Source: an uncultured Gammaproteobacteria bacterium
GTDB lineage: Bacteria; Patescibacteriota; Microgenomatia; Levybacterales; GWA1-39-11
Assembly: GCA_964627245.1 (NCBI GenBank)
Contig: CAZVGS010000002.1
Coordinates: forward strand, 90,923 to 154,922
Length of the DNA: 64,000 nt
Reading direction: 5' to 3'
The translations under genes and the position numbers were made by a program. The notes below the pieces were generated by a model. It was not told the DNA's origin, made no database searches, and worked only from the letters and a program-made list of their open reading frames with translations. Of the stretch, positions 19,149 through 28,343 are shown piece after piece (the first letter of the stretch is position 1; every line of letters begins with the position of its first letter).

Positions 19149-22013
19149 ATGGAAAACGAATTGACACATTACCAAGCCTTGGCCAATAATGTAGTTAGGA
19201 CTACTACGGGTTTTGATAGAAATCCGCGGTCAAAACTTATGGAAGAAAACGGCGAAATCAATAGTCTCGAGAAAGAAGTTGTTAGTGAGGAAGAGCTTAA
19301 GAAAAGAGCAGTGCGTCAGCTGTCCGAAAGACAAAGAAAAGTAGAAGAAGCGTGGCAGAAAGTATTAAAAGAAAAGCAGGCTAGAGGAGAAAAAGTAACG
19401 CAAGAGGACGTGGAGATAGCAAGAAGGGCTAGTGAAAAAGGTGAAATGCCTGTAAATGTCGGCGGCGCAAGCGACGGATTTGAGGGTTTTAATGCAGAGA
19501 AATATAAACAGACCAAGTTCGGTCAATTCGCGCAAGAGTTAAAAGTAGCAGGGGAAAAAGGGGAGGTTACTAATGAGTTATTGCAGGATATAGGAAATAG
19601 GGCAAGGGCAGCTGTTGTAAGTGGGCAGGATCAATTTGTTTACGACCAATTTGCTGGAGAAATAAATGAGATAGTCACAAGATTGGCAGCTCAAGAGCAA
19701 AGTAATCAAGAACGAGCCGGTCAAGAGCAGAGTAGTCAGGGGGATGTTAAGACAAGAACGATTGAAGAATTGCTGCAAAGCAGGGTTAATGCTTCTCTTG
19801 AAAAGAAAGAAGGAAGAAGCAGTAATCCTCGTTCGATTCAAGAAGTTGCGTTAAGTATTATAAATGACGAGGGACCTGATAGGTGGGGTCCAAACGGCAC
19901 TTATCCTCTCGTAGAGTTGATCTACGATGAAAATGGAGAGCCAAAATACAAAACTAATTATAAAGGTGAAAAAACACTAGATCCTCAAGTAAAGCTTAAT
20001 GAAAAAAATTTTGTGAGATGGTTTCGGGAGCGTATGATGTATCACCACGCAAGTAATTCAAGAGATGAAAGCTTGCAGCTCGGAAACCTTGTGGGTATAA
20101 CCAGTGAATTTGGAAGTACGATAAACATTTTTTCAATGGATAAAGATCGTGCTCAGTATTTCCTTGACGAATCAACCGGGACTGTTATGGATAAACTAGC
20201 CAATCAATTAAAAATGGAGTTATGGCTTTTTGGGAACATGAGAAATTACGACCTTTTGTACCAAAAATATATGGGGAGCGACTCCGACCTTCCAAAATTC
20301 TTGTCCCAGCTTCATGAGAAAGAGGAAATCACCCAGCCTCAGAGTCTTGAGACTATCATGACATTGCCTAAAGAATTTGGTGAAGATGGTGACACGTCAG
20401 TCGGAGACGGCATAAGGAAGGCATACGAAATATACTATTATGCGTCTGACTATAACATGCTCAAAAAAGTTTTGGGAGAAAATTCCATATTTTTCAAAAG
20501 AGAAGGATTTGAGAATGCATTAAGAATTATTGAAGGGTTGAATCCAACCGATGCCATACCTCAGTCATCACAAAAAATAATAGACTCGGTATTTGACGGA
20601 AAGAATGTTAATCCAGAAAAATTTATAAAACTCATGAATCCATTCAATGAAAAGAACAAGCCTGAGTTTGCGAAAAAGCTTATCCGCGAAATGGTAAGGC
20701 AGGTTATTTCCAGAAAGTATGACTTAGAATATGGCTTGACGGAAATGAGGGTTGTGAATGGGGTATTTAATAGTGAGGATGTTAAGGAGAGAGATCTGGT
20801 CAGAAAGGATTTAGAATACGCTGAAGCTTTTGCTTGGGTTTTAACTCATTGGACTGGGGCAGCAGCAAGAAATGACACAGGCGCAATCGGTTTTGACGCC
20901 TTCACAAAGACTATGAAATTAAGAGAATACAGAAAAGGCCAGTCCGGGTTAAATAGGGCGGGGTCTTTTGGGAATGAATATGATCTTGGAGTATTTAAGG
21001 GCTTAGCGGTCGATTTTTTTAACGGAATAACTGTTGAGAAAAAGCTTGAGGATAAAGGTAACAATTACACTCCCTTTGAGATCTTTAGGATAATGAGTGA
21101 TATAGAGGACTCATCTCTTCCCGAGGACGAGAAAAAAAGGCAAAAGACCCAGTGGGCGAAGAGGCTTAACTTTGAGCAATACATACAAAGATCATATTCC
21201 GGGGATCACATCAACCGTGCTTTTGAAATATTCCACGCCACGCTTGGGGCCGAGGAGATGAGGCTTGAGGAGATAGTCAAGTGGGACCCTTTTAGGGGAA
21301 TAATATTGGATAGGGGTAAATTTGAAGAGCAGGTTAAGGAGAAATTTCTAAAGCCCATAAGATATGCATTCAGAACATACGCCCAGCTTGATATGGGCAA
21401 GATGCAGAGACTTCAAGTCGGTGGCTTTGGTTCCAATGACCTCCCAATTTATAAGGATGTAACCACGGCAGAAACCATATTTGGACCTGAGGTGTTAAAA
21501 GATATAAGGCCAATGGCACAACAAAGATATGAAGGTTGGAATAGTGAGGATAAAGGTAAATTCGATGAAAGGCTAAAGCAACGTGGAGTAGATTTTAACT
21601 CGCTTTCTGCGGATGAGAAAAAACAGCAAATATGGCAGGACTATTTATCATCTCAAGACGGTAAAGATATTCTTTGGAAAAGGGCGGCCATGGCAAAGAT
21701 TGCGGCCCACATAAAATCTCACAGAGAATTTGGTAACGGGTATACACAATTTACAGCGGGTATGGTAGAAACGTTTTACCAGGCTCTCGAATCAATAAAG
21801 GCAATGGATATTAATGAAGGAGAGGATGATACAGAGCTTTCCTACGCCCAAAGCTTTCTGTCCAAGGAGGATATTGAATGGATAAGAAAAAGAAGCGGAA
21901 CAACTCACAAGAGGCTATTTATGGTTGACTTCTTAGGCAAGGGAGTCGGAACGGGGGTTGCAAAAGGCATGTGGGAAGGAGCAGGGGTTATTATCAAAGA
22001 TATATTCAAGTAG
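19149..22013 (+). CDS. Very large helical hypothetical protein (~954 aa)
   Basis: Long uninterrupted ORF; TACAAT 6 nt before ATG 19149; Gly-rich amphipathic C-terminus. Confidence 0.75.
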   Translation: MENELTHYQALANNVVRTTTGFDRNPRSKLMEENGEINSLEKEVVSEEELKKRAVRQLSERQRKVEEAWQKVLKEKQARGEKVTQEDVEIARRASEKGEMPVNVGGASDGFEGFNAEKYKQTKFGQFAQELKVAGEKGEVTNELLQDIGNRARAAVVSGQDQFVYDQFAGEINEIVTRLAAQEQSNQERAGQEQSSQGDVKTRTIEELLQSRVNASLEKKEGRSSNPRSIQEVALSIINDEGPDRWGPNGTYPLVELIYDENGEPKYKTNYKGEKTLDPQVKLNEKNFVRWFRERMMYHHASNSRDESLQLGNLVGITSEFGSTINIFSMDKDRAQYFLDESTGTVMDKLANQLKMELWLFGNMRNYDLLYQKYMGSDSDLPKFLSQLHEKEEITQPQSLETIMTLPKEFGEDGDTSVGDGIRKAYEIYYYASDYNMLKKVLGENSIFFKREGFENALRIIEGLNPTDAIPQSSQKIIDSVFDGKNVNPEKFIKLMNPFNEKNKPEFAKKLIREMVRQVISRKYDLEYGLTEMRVVNGVFNSEDVKERDLVRKDLEYAEAFAWVLTHWTGAAARNDTGAIGFDAFTKTMKLREYRKGQSGLNRAGSFGNEYDLGVFKGLAVDFFNGITVEKKLEDKGNNYTPFEIFRIMSDIEDSSLPEDEKKRQKTQWAKRLNFEQYIQRSYSGDHINRAFEIFHATLGAEEMRLEEIVKWDPFRGIILDRGKFEEQVKEKFLKPIRYAFRTYAQLDMGKMQRLQVGGFGSNDLPIYKDVTTAETIFGPEVLKDIRPMAQQRYEGWNSEDKGKFDERLKQRGVDFNSLSADEKKQQIWQDYLSSQDGKDILWKRAAMAKIAAHIKSHREFGNGYTQFTAGMVETFYQALESIKAMDINEGEDDTELSYAQSFLSKEDIEWIRKRSGTTHKRLFMVDFLGKGVGTGVAKGMWEGAGVIIKDIFK

Positions 22014-22014
22014 G

Positions 22015-24264
22015 CTAAGCAGATCCTTCCGGCTTTTCGGGCTCATCAGGTGCTGTGTCCGGTTGGGGTGCTTCCGGAGCCGGGCTATCTGCTGCTGGGT
22101 GCTCGGGTTCTGTCTCACCGCTTCTTCCTATTTCGCTTCCGTCAGCTTCTCCGCCTGCCATACGCGCTCTAGATCTTTCCATGACTTCGCGTTTTGTTTT
22201 TTCAGCAAGTGTTTCTCCCTCAATAGATGGAGAGGTGGCTCCCGAAGTGCCTCCGGGCCTTGTAGCACTAGCAATTGTAGATTTTTTCTTGCCACCAAAA
22301 ATTGAAGGTAGCCAGCCAACTTTATGCTCTGACTTCTCCTTTTCACTCATTCCCCTCATGCTTAATCCTTCATTTGTATGCGTTTGTTTAATTCCTCCGC
22401 CCGTAAGGGCTCTGCCAATCCCTGCAAATTTTCTCTGAGCCCATAGGGAGCCTTCCTTTGGAGCGCCAAGTGCGTCTTTACCGAATAATTCGTGTTTTAT
22501 CCCAGATATTGGCTTGCCCAAGGCTCCTTGCCCAGTACCAAGAGCACGTCCTATGGAGCTTGCAAATTTGAAGTCTTGAGCCTTTAGAGTCTCTTTTACT
22601 ATATTTGCAACCTCAGGTGTCAGAAGCAATATTCCCATGCCTAAAATTGCCGCAAACCCGGCCATGCTATTGCTGAAGTCACCGACAAGAGGTGGTATAA
22701 AAACATTTCCGTTGCTTTGTCCGACACTGTCAATTAAGACCTTACCTAAAAGAAGCATCATATAAGTTGCGGGAAAGACTGCTAAATTTGCAACTACGCT
22801 TCGAAACCAAGACCCGACCCCCATCTGTACCCCCGGGAGTATGCCAAATGCTATAAAGAAAGGAGCAAAAATTAGAAAAAGGAAAAGGTAAATATAGGCT
22901 TTTATCAGCTGAAACCATAACCGGAACATTGCAGTAAAAATAGCAATAAGTATGATAAAAAAGGCAATAAGGTTTGGTAAGAGTTCTCTTAATAAAGTTT
23001 CTGTAAGTGCAGCAACTGCTCCTCCAGCTATTGTTCCAGCTGGCCAGCCCATTAAAAAGCCAGGTATTACTTGAAATCCTCCCCCTCCCCCTATTCCCAG
23101 GAAAGATCCTTGTATTGAAAACCCCCCACCAGGAGTATTTGATACTAGAGTTCCAACTTGTATTCCAGCAACAAAACCTGCTCCTATACTCGCTGCATGT
23201 ATTAAATAATTCACAAAACTCTGATTTGCAAAACTTCCCACAGTACCTTTCGCTATATTGCCTAGACCTCCAATCAGCCCTCCTATGAGCGGGATCTTAC
23301 TTAGCAATGAACCAAGTTCACTTAGACCGGGGATATGTTTTATTATACTGCCAAATATATCACCAATACCTTTAATTTCGGGTAGGCCAGGAATACTTGG
23401 GCCGCCTCCGGGGCCAAGACCTATAGCATCTTTAATAGAACCGACAACGGTTCCTGTTACGTGAGTTGCTATTCCGGCAATCCCTCCGGCATTAGTGCCG
23501 CCTGCCAATTGATTGGCTGCCGTAAAAGGATTTGCTCCCTGAATATCCGATGGTTTGAGCCCGCCGACATCGGCCCCGGGAATACTTGCCATAATTCCGT
23601 AAATAAAATAAGTGCTAATTCTCATAAGATCAATCATAAATCCGACAATTGCGTAGGAAAGAGTAATAAAGACAAGGCCGATTATTATCTTTGGAATTGC
23701 ATTTTGAATTGTCATAACACTTCTAGGGTCAATTTTTACACGAAACATTATTCCAACTCCGATAACGACAAATATAAGAACAAAAAATAAATACATTATA
23801 TTTCTAAAAGCTTCCCAGATAGGTAAAAATGGAGTAAGTCCGCGGAACCCATCCCCGGTCCCGAATTGCGCATTGGCAGTCTTTGTGAGGCCAAAATTTG
23901 AGGCAACGTGCGCAATGTATTGACTTCCTGATGCAGGAAAATCATAAGTAGCTGCAATTCCCCTGTTCATAAATCCCAAAGCGCCTCCGCTTTCAACAAA
24001 CCCGATTTTCCCATCATTCCCGCTTGCTCCCAGGCATTTTCCTTCAGGGTTAATGGGGTTAATTCCCGAAAGCTGGCAGGAGATGGCAGACATCAGCTCA
24101 ATAAATACAACCTGTGAATAGGTACTTAAATTTTGCGGTACATTTTGCTCAATATTTAAGGGGAGGGATTGATTTGGGGGGGGAGTTAAATTTTGGGCAA
24201 AGGATGAGTTAGTAGAAAGTGCTAGGAAAAATACAGCAAAGATAACACCAAATATTTTTTTCAT
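22015..24264 (-). CDS. VirB6/TrbL-like polytopic membrane protein
   Basis: WEAFRNIMY...TIQNAIPKIIIGLVFITLSYAIVGFMID; multiple TMs; WFRSVVANLAVFP; located in the T4SS-like locus. Confidence 0.7.
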   Translation of the reverse strand: MKKIFGVIFAVFFLALSTNSSFAQNLTPPPNQSLPLNIEQNVPQNLSTYSQVVFIELMSAISCQLSGINPINPEGKCLGASGNDGKIGFVESGGALGFMNRGIAATYDFPASGSQYIAHVASNFGLTKTANAQFGTGDGFRGLTPFLPIWEAFRNIMYLFFVLIFVVIGVGIMFRVKIDPRSVMTIQNAIPKIIIGLVFITLSYAIVGFMIDLMRISTYFIYGIMASIPGADVGGLKPSDIQGANPFTAANQLAGGTNAGGIAGIATHVTGTVVGSIKDAIGLGPGGGPSIPGLPEIKGIGDIFGSIIKHIPGLSELGSLLSKIPLIGGLIGGLGNIAKGTVGSFANQSFVNYLIHAASIGAGFVAGIQVGTLVSNTPGGGFSIQGSFLGIGGGGGFQVIPGFLMGWPAGTIAGGAVAALTETLLRELLPNLIAFFIILIAIFTAMFRLWFQLIKAYIYLFLFLIFAPFFIAFGILPGVQMGVGSWFRSVVANLAVFPATYMMLLLGKVLIDSVGQSNGNVFIPPLVGDFSNSMAGFAAILGMGILLLTPEVANIVKETLKAQDFKFASSIGRALGTGQGALGKPISGIKHELFGKDALGAPKEGSLWAQRKFAGIGRALTGGGIKQTHTNEGLSMRGMSEKEKSEHKVGWLPSIFGGKKKSTIASATRPGGTSGATSPSIEGETLAEKTKREVMERSRARMAGGEADGSEIGRSGETEPEHPAADSPAPEAPQPDTAPDEPEKPEGSA

Positions 24265-24387
24265 GGCAGTGCTTTTAGTATTGCTAAATTAGCGTGAAAA
24301 ATCAACTGCACCAAAGTTGTAAAAGATAGAATTTGAAGCAGAATATATTTGACATGGGAAAGTCTGGGGAGTAGTATACAAAGACCA

Positions 24388-24990
24388 ATGAAAAGGGCGG
24401 TTTTTCTCCTCATTTTTATGTTTTTGGCGCTTTTGGTATTTCCAAGATCAGATTCTTTCGCGCAGGAAAACGTAGTCGAAACAGAGACTCCCATCGGAGA
24501 AAGTGAAACGGCAACGGAAAGTGCCCCAACCGTTACAAAAGTAAATTACGAGCTGCCGTATCCCGGAATGCTTCCCGACAACCCATTCTATTTTTTGAAA
24601 GTTATAAGGGATGGGATTGTTAAGATGTTAATAAACGATGATCTTAAAAGAGCGCGCTTTAGTCTTGAAAGCGGGGAGAAGAGAATGTATGCAGGAAAAC
24701 TTTTGGTAGAGAAAAATAAAGACGAACTGGCTGTTGAGACTATCTCAAAAAGCAATAATTATCTAGACGATGCGCTAAAGGCGATAGTAATATACATGAA
24801 AGCGCATCCCAAAAATACGGACGCAAAACAATTTCTCCACCAATTTGATTCTGCGGTCAGGAAGCATATGGAAATAGCAGGCGAGATAAAAGACAAAGTA
24901 GATAAAAATTACCAAAACCTTTTTGCAAAAGAGCAAGAAAGAATGAAAAAAATAGAACAAAGTGTAAAAGGCTTGCTCCTCAGCAGTTAG
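24388..24990 (+). CDS. DUF5667 domain secreted/membrane protein
   Basis: YELPYPGMLPDNPFYFLKVIRD signature; N-terminal signal/TM. Confidence 0.8.
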   Translation: MKRAVFLLIFMFLALLVFPRSDSFAQENVVETETPIGESETATESAPTVTKVNYELPYPGMLPDNPFYFLKVIRDGIVKMLINDDLKRARFSLESGEKRMYAGKLLVEKNKDELAVETISKSNNYLDDALKAIVIYMKAHPKNTDAKQFLHQFDSAVRKHMEIAGEIKDKVDKNYQNLFAKEQERMKKIEQSVKGLLLSS

Positions 24991-25112
24991 ATTATCCTGC
25001 CGTTTTGGACATTTTTATTGTACGTAAAATTAACACTTTTCATGGAATTTTCCGTGAAAACAAAAATGAGGCTAAAAAGTAAGATGGTACAATTTGATCT
25101 AGTTATTAATAG

Positions 25113-25165
25113 TTGACACTATAAATCTAGTGGTTTACAGTAGTTGTTGACACTAAATATTGTGT
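25113..25165 (+). promoter_or_regulatory. nrdR-nrdJ promoter with tandem NrdR boxes
   Basis: ACTATAAATCTAGTGG (25118) and ACACTAAATATTGTGT (25150), 32 bp apart, resemble acaCwAtATmTwGtgt; TTGACA 25113-17 bp-TACAGT 25136. Confidence 0.75.
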
Positions 25166-25247
25166 CAGTTCTTTTCACGGAATTACACTTTCTCTCTTAA
25201 AGATTAAGAACGAAAGTAGTAGTACATTTACAATACGCTAGAAATTT

Positions 25248-25697
25248 ATGCATTGTCCATATTGTCATTCAAACAACACGGAGGTATCAGAAACAAGAGT
25301 AGGTGAGGACGGAAGCAACATAAGACGCCGACGTCTTTGCTCTGACTGCAAAAAGAGGTTCACGACCTATGAGAGGATCGAGAACATAATGCTTTTAGTT
25401 AAGAAAAAAGATAACAGGTCTGAAAGATTTTCGAGGGACAAGCTGCGGGGAGGGATACTCAAGTCGGTCGAAAAAACGACGGTAACAATTGACCAGGTAA
25501 ATAATATAGTTGATGAGGTTGAGCGGGAAATTTTAGGACGTGATAGTGTTGAAGTTGAGAGTAAGACCATCGGCAGACTGGTTGCAACAAGGCTTAAGAA
25601 ATTGGACAAAATTGCATATATAAGATTTGCCAGCGTATTTCAACATTTTGTTGATATAGAAGATTTTGAAAGAGAAGTGAAAAAGTTATTAAAATAG
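25248..25697 (+). CDS. nrdR: Transcriptional repressor NrdR
   Basis: MHCPYC...IRRRRLCSDCKKRFTTYE zinc ribbon plus ATP cone, AYIRFASV. Confidence 0.96.
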   Translation: MHCPYCHSNNTEVSETRVGEDGSNIRRRRLCSDCKKRFTTYERIENIMLLVKKKDNRSERFSRDKLRGGILKSVEKTTVTIDQVNNIVDEVEREILGRDSVEVESKTIGRLVATRLKKLDKIAYIRFASVFQHFVDIEDFEREVKKLLK

Positions 25698-25716
25698 ACA
25701 AAGCTTGAATTTATAT

Positions 25717-28086
25717 ATGAGTGAATTAACAGGAATTCGACAAAAAGTATTTTTAGACCGCTACGCATTGAAGGACAAAGACGGTTCTTTGCTCGAAAAA
25801 ACCCCCGAGGAAATGTGGAGACGGGTTGCTTGGGGAATTTCCCAAAATGAAAAAAAGGGCGATCAGAAAAAATGGGAGAGTGAATTTTATAGAGTCATGG
25901 ATGACTTCAAATTCGTTCCCGCAGGAAGAATTTTATCCGGCGCCGGAACCAACTACCAGGTAACCTATTTTAATTGTTTTGTTATCCCTTCCCCCAAAGA
26001 CTCAAGAGACGGAATTCTCGAAAGCCTCAAGCAGTTGGTTGAAATTCAAAGCAGAGCCGGTGGAGTTGGGTTGAATCTATCTTCTCTTAGACCCCGAGGT
26101 GCAAGGGTTAAGAAGGTTAACGGAACATCTTCAGGTCCTGTTACATGGGCTGGGCTTTTTTCTTATGCTACGCACGATGTTGTTCAGCAGGGCGGATCAA
26201 GAAGGGGTGCAACTATGCTTATGCTTTGGGATTGGCATCCTGATATCGAGGAATTTATAACTGTTAAGGAGGACTTATCAAAGATAAACGGCGCCAATTT
26301 GTCTGTTTGTGTGTCGGATGCTTTCATGGAGGCAGTTAAGAAGGATGCTGATTGGGACTTAATATACCCGGATATTGATGATCCCGAATACGACAAACTG
26401 TGGGATGGGGAAATTGATAAATGGAAGGCTTTAGGCAAAAAAGTTAATGTCCATAAGACCGTTAAGGCACGCGAATTATGGGATCTTATCTGCAAAGCGG
26501 CATGGAACAGCGCCGAGCCAGGTCTTCATTTTATGGAGCGCTCCAACAAAAGATCTAACACTTGGTATTTTGAAAGACTTATTGCAACAAACCCTTGCGG
26601 AGAGCAGCCTCTTGGTGCTTGGGCTGTTTGTAATTTGGGAGCAATGAATTTGTCTGCATATGTAAAAGACGCTGATCTTTCCAATGAAAAGGTGGGGTGG
26701 TTTGACTTTGAGTCATTTGAAAAAGACGTAAAAGTTGCGATGCGCCTTTTGGATAATGTAATTGATCAGACATATTATTTTTTCAAAGAAAATGAAAAAT
26801 GCGCAAAAGAAATAAGAAGAACGGGTCTTGGAATAATGGGTCTTGGGGATGCACTAATCAAAATGCAGCTTGCTTACGGCTCTGAGGAATCGCTTCCAGT
26901 AATTGAAAAAATATTTAAGACTCTTCGCGACAGCGCTTATGATGCTTCAAGCGATATGGCAAAAGAGAAGGGATCTTTCCCGATGTATGATAAAGAAAAG
27001 TATCAGAAGGGGTATCATATAAAGGCTCTTCCGAAAAATCTACGTGAAAAAATTGAAAAGCAAGGAATAAGAAATGCAGTTTTACTCACAATTGCACCAA
27101 CAGGAACAACTTCATTGGTATCGGGAGTGTCATCGGGCGTTGAGCCAGTTTATGAGTTCTCTTTCCTGAGACGGTGGAGAGGCGGGGAAGAAATAATATA
27201 TCATCCCTTATTTGAAGAGTGGAAGAAAGCTCATATGGAAAATCAAAAGCCTTCCTATTTTGTAAGTGCAAATGACCTAACTCCTATTGAGCATGCTAAA
27301 GTGCAGGCGGTTGCTCAAGAATATATAGACTCATCCATTTCAAAAACAGTAAATGCGCCGAATACCCACACAATTGATGATGTAAAGACTCTTTACATGA
27401 TGGCATACGACATGGGTCTTAAAGGAGTAACCTATATGAGAGACGGGTCTAGGCAAGGAGTTTTGGAGAGAGTGGACGATAAGAAAAAAGAAGAGGTAAA
27501 GGAGGAAGCGAAGATGCCTATAAGAAAAAGACCGCTTGCTTTAACCGGAGTAACACACGAAACACAAACACCCTTGGGAAATACATTTATAACCATAAAT
27601 CACGACAGTGAGGGAAAGCCATTTGAGTTATTTATAAATTCCGGAAAGTCCGGAAGTGATGTAATGGCCATGTCTGAAGCATTGGGAAGAATTATGTCAA
27701 TGGTTCTAAGGATGCAGTCCTCGGTTGAGCCAAGAGAAAGGATCCGCGAAATGATTGACCAGCTAACCGGTATCGGCGGCGGAAGGTCTGTAGGGTTTGG
27801 AGCAAATAGGGTAAGGTCTCTTCCCGACGCAGTTGCAAAAGTCCTGGCTGAGCATTTTGAATTTAGAGTTAATGGACATGTGGCGGATAAAAATCCGATG
27901 AAGTCGGTTAAAGCGGATGAGATAGAAGGAGTTGCTACTCAAGCTCCCTTGCCAATGGTTGCCGCCGTAGCTCCCGCGTCCTCAACTCACGCAAATGCAG
28001 ACCTTTGTCCGGAATGCGGGTCGGCATCATTTGTTCATGAAGAAGGCTGTGCCAAATGCTACTCTTGCGGACATGCTGAGTGTTAA
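25717..28086 (+). CDS. nrdJ: Class II (adenosylcobalamin-dependent) ribonucleotide reductase with TSCPD domain and C-terminal zinc ribbon
   Basis: FNCFV, TNPCGEQPL, CNLG, TIAPTGT, KGVTYMRDGSR; CPECG...CAKCYSCGHAEC; no nrdB nearby; adjacent to pduO. Confidence 0.92.
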   Translation: MSELTGIRQKVFLDRYALKDKDGSLLEKTPEEMWRRVAWGISQNEKKGDQKKWESEFYRVMDDFKFVPAGRILSGAGTNYQVTYFNCFVIPSPKDSRDGILESLKQLVEIQSRAGGVGLNLSSLRPRGARVKKVNGTSSGPVTWAGLFSYATHDVVQQGGSRRGATMLMLWDWHPDIEEFITVKEDLSKINGANLSVCVSDAFMEAVKKDADWDLIYPDIDDPEYDKLWDGEIDKWKALGKKVNVHKTVKARELWDLICKAAWNSAEPGLHFMERSNKRSNTWYFERLIATNPCGEQPLGAWAVCNLGAMNLSAYVKDADLSNEKVGWFDFESFEKDVKVAMRLLDNVIDQTYYFFKENEKCAKEIRRTGLGIMGLGDALIKMQLAYGSEESLPVIEKIFKTLRDSAYDASSDMAKEKGSFPMYDKEKYQKGYHIKALPKNLREKIEKQGIRNAVLLTIAPTGTTSLVSGVSSGVEPVYEFSFLRRWRGGEEIIYHPLFEEWKKAHMENQKPSYFVSANDLTPIEHAKVQAVAQEYIDSSISKTVNAPNTHTIDDVKTLYMMAYDMGLKGVTYMRDGSRQGVLERVDDKKKEEVKEEAKMPIRKRPLALTGVTHETQTPLGNTFITINHDSEGKPFELFINSGKSGSDVMAMSEALGRIMSMVLRMQSSVEPRERIREMIDQLTGIGGGRSVGFGANRVRSLPDAVAKVLAEHFEFRVNGHVADKNPMKSVKADEIEGVATQAPLPMVAAVAPASSTHANADLCPECGSASFVHEEGCAKCYSCGHAEC

Positions 28087-28180
28087 CGTAGCATAGAGCA
28101 AGAGCAAGCTCGCTTACAGTTGTGGGCACGCAGAGTGCTAAAATTAGTGGTTAGTTACTAGTTATTGGTGAATAGTTGGT

Positions 28181-28286
28181 AAGTAATTATTAAGTAGATT
28201 AAACAGTTATTTAGGTAAGTAGGGTGATCTAGACATAGAAATTCCCTCTCAGTGCCGCTACCGTAAAGACGGAAAACTAATTACTT
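28181..28286 (+). promoter_or_regulatory. Cobalamin riboswitch (compact) upstream of pduO
   Basis: Closing stem AAGTAATTA (28181)/TAATTACTT (28278); hairpin then GGTAA; AGGG-TG...AAATT-CCCT; CAGTGCCGCTACCGTAA; B12-box-like AGACGGAAAAC; B12-related neighbours. Confidence 0.72.
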
Positions 28287-28314
28287 TTATTGCTCGAGCA
28301 AGCTTATTTTTTGT

Positions 28315-28343
28315 AACCTTCTCGAGTTAGAGAAGGTTTTTTT
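28315..28343 (+). terminator. Intrinsic terminator / RBS-sequestering hairpin (riboswitch expression platform)
   Basis: AACCTTCTC-GAGTTA-GAGAAGGTT followed by a T-run ending directly at the pduO ATG. Confidence 0.75.

Noticed and set aside
6946-24264. T4SS locus as an integrative conjugative element
   Set aside because: No relaxase, integrase or att repeats in the window; directly fused to core dnaN
28089-28140. Minus-strand TGCCCACAACTGTAA resembling a second cobalamin riboswitch core, plus short hairpins after nrdJ
   Set aside because: Other conserved riboswitch elements were not found and it is antisense to the B12 genes
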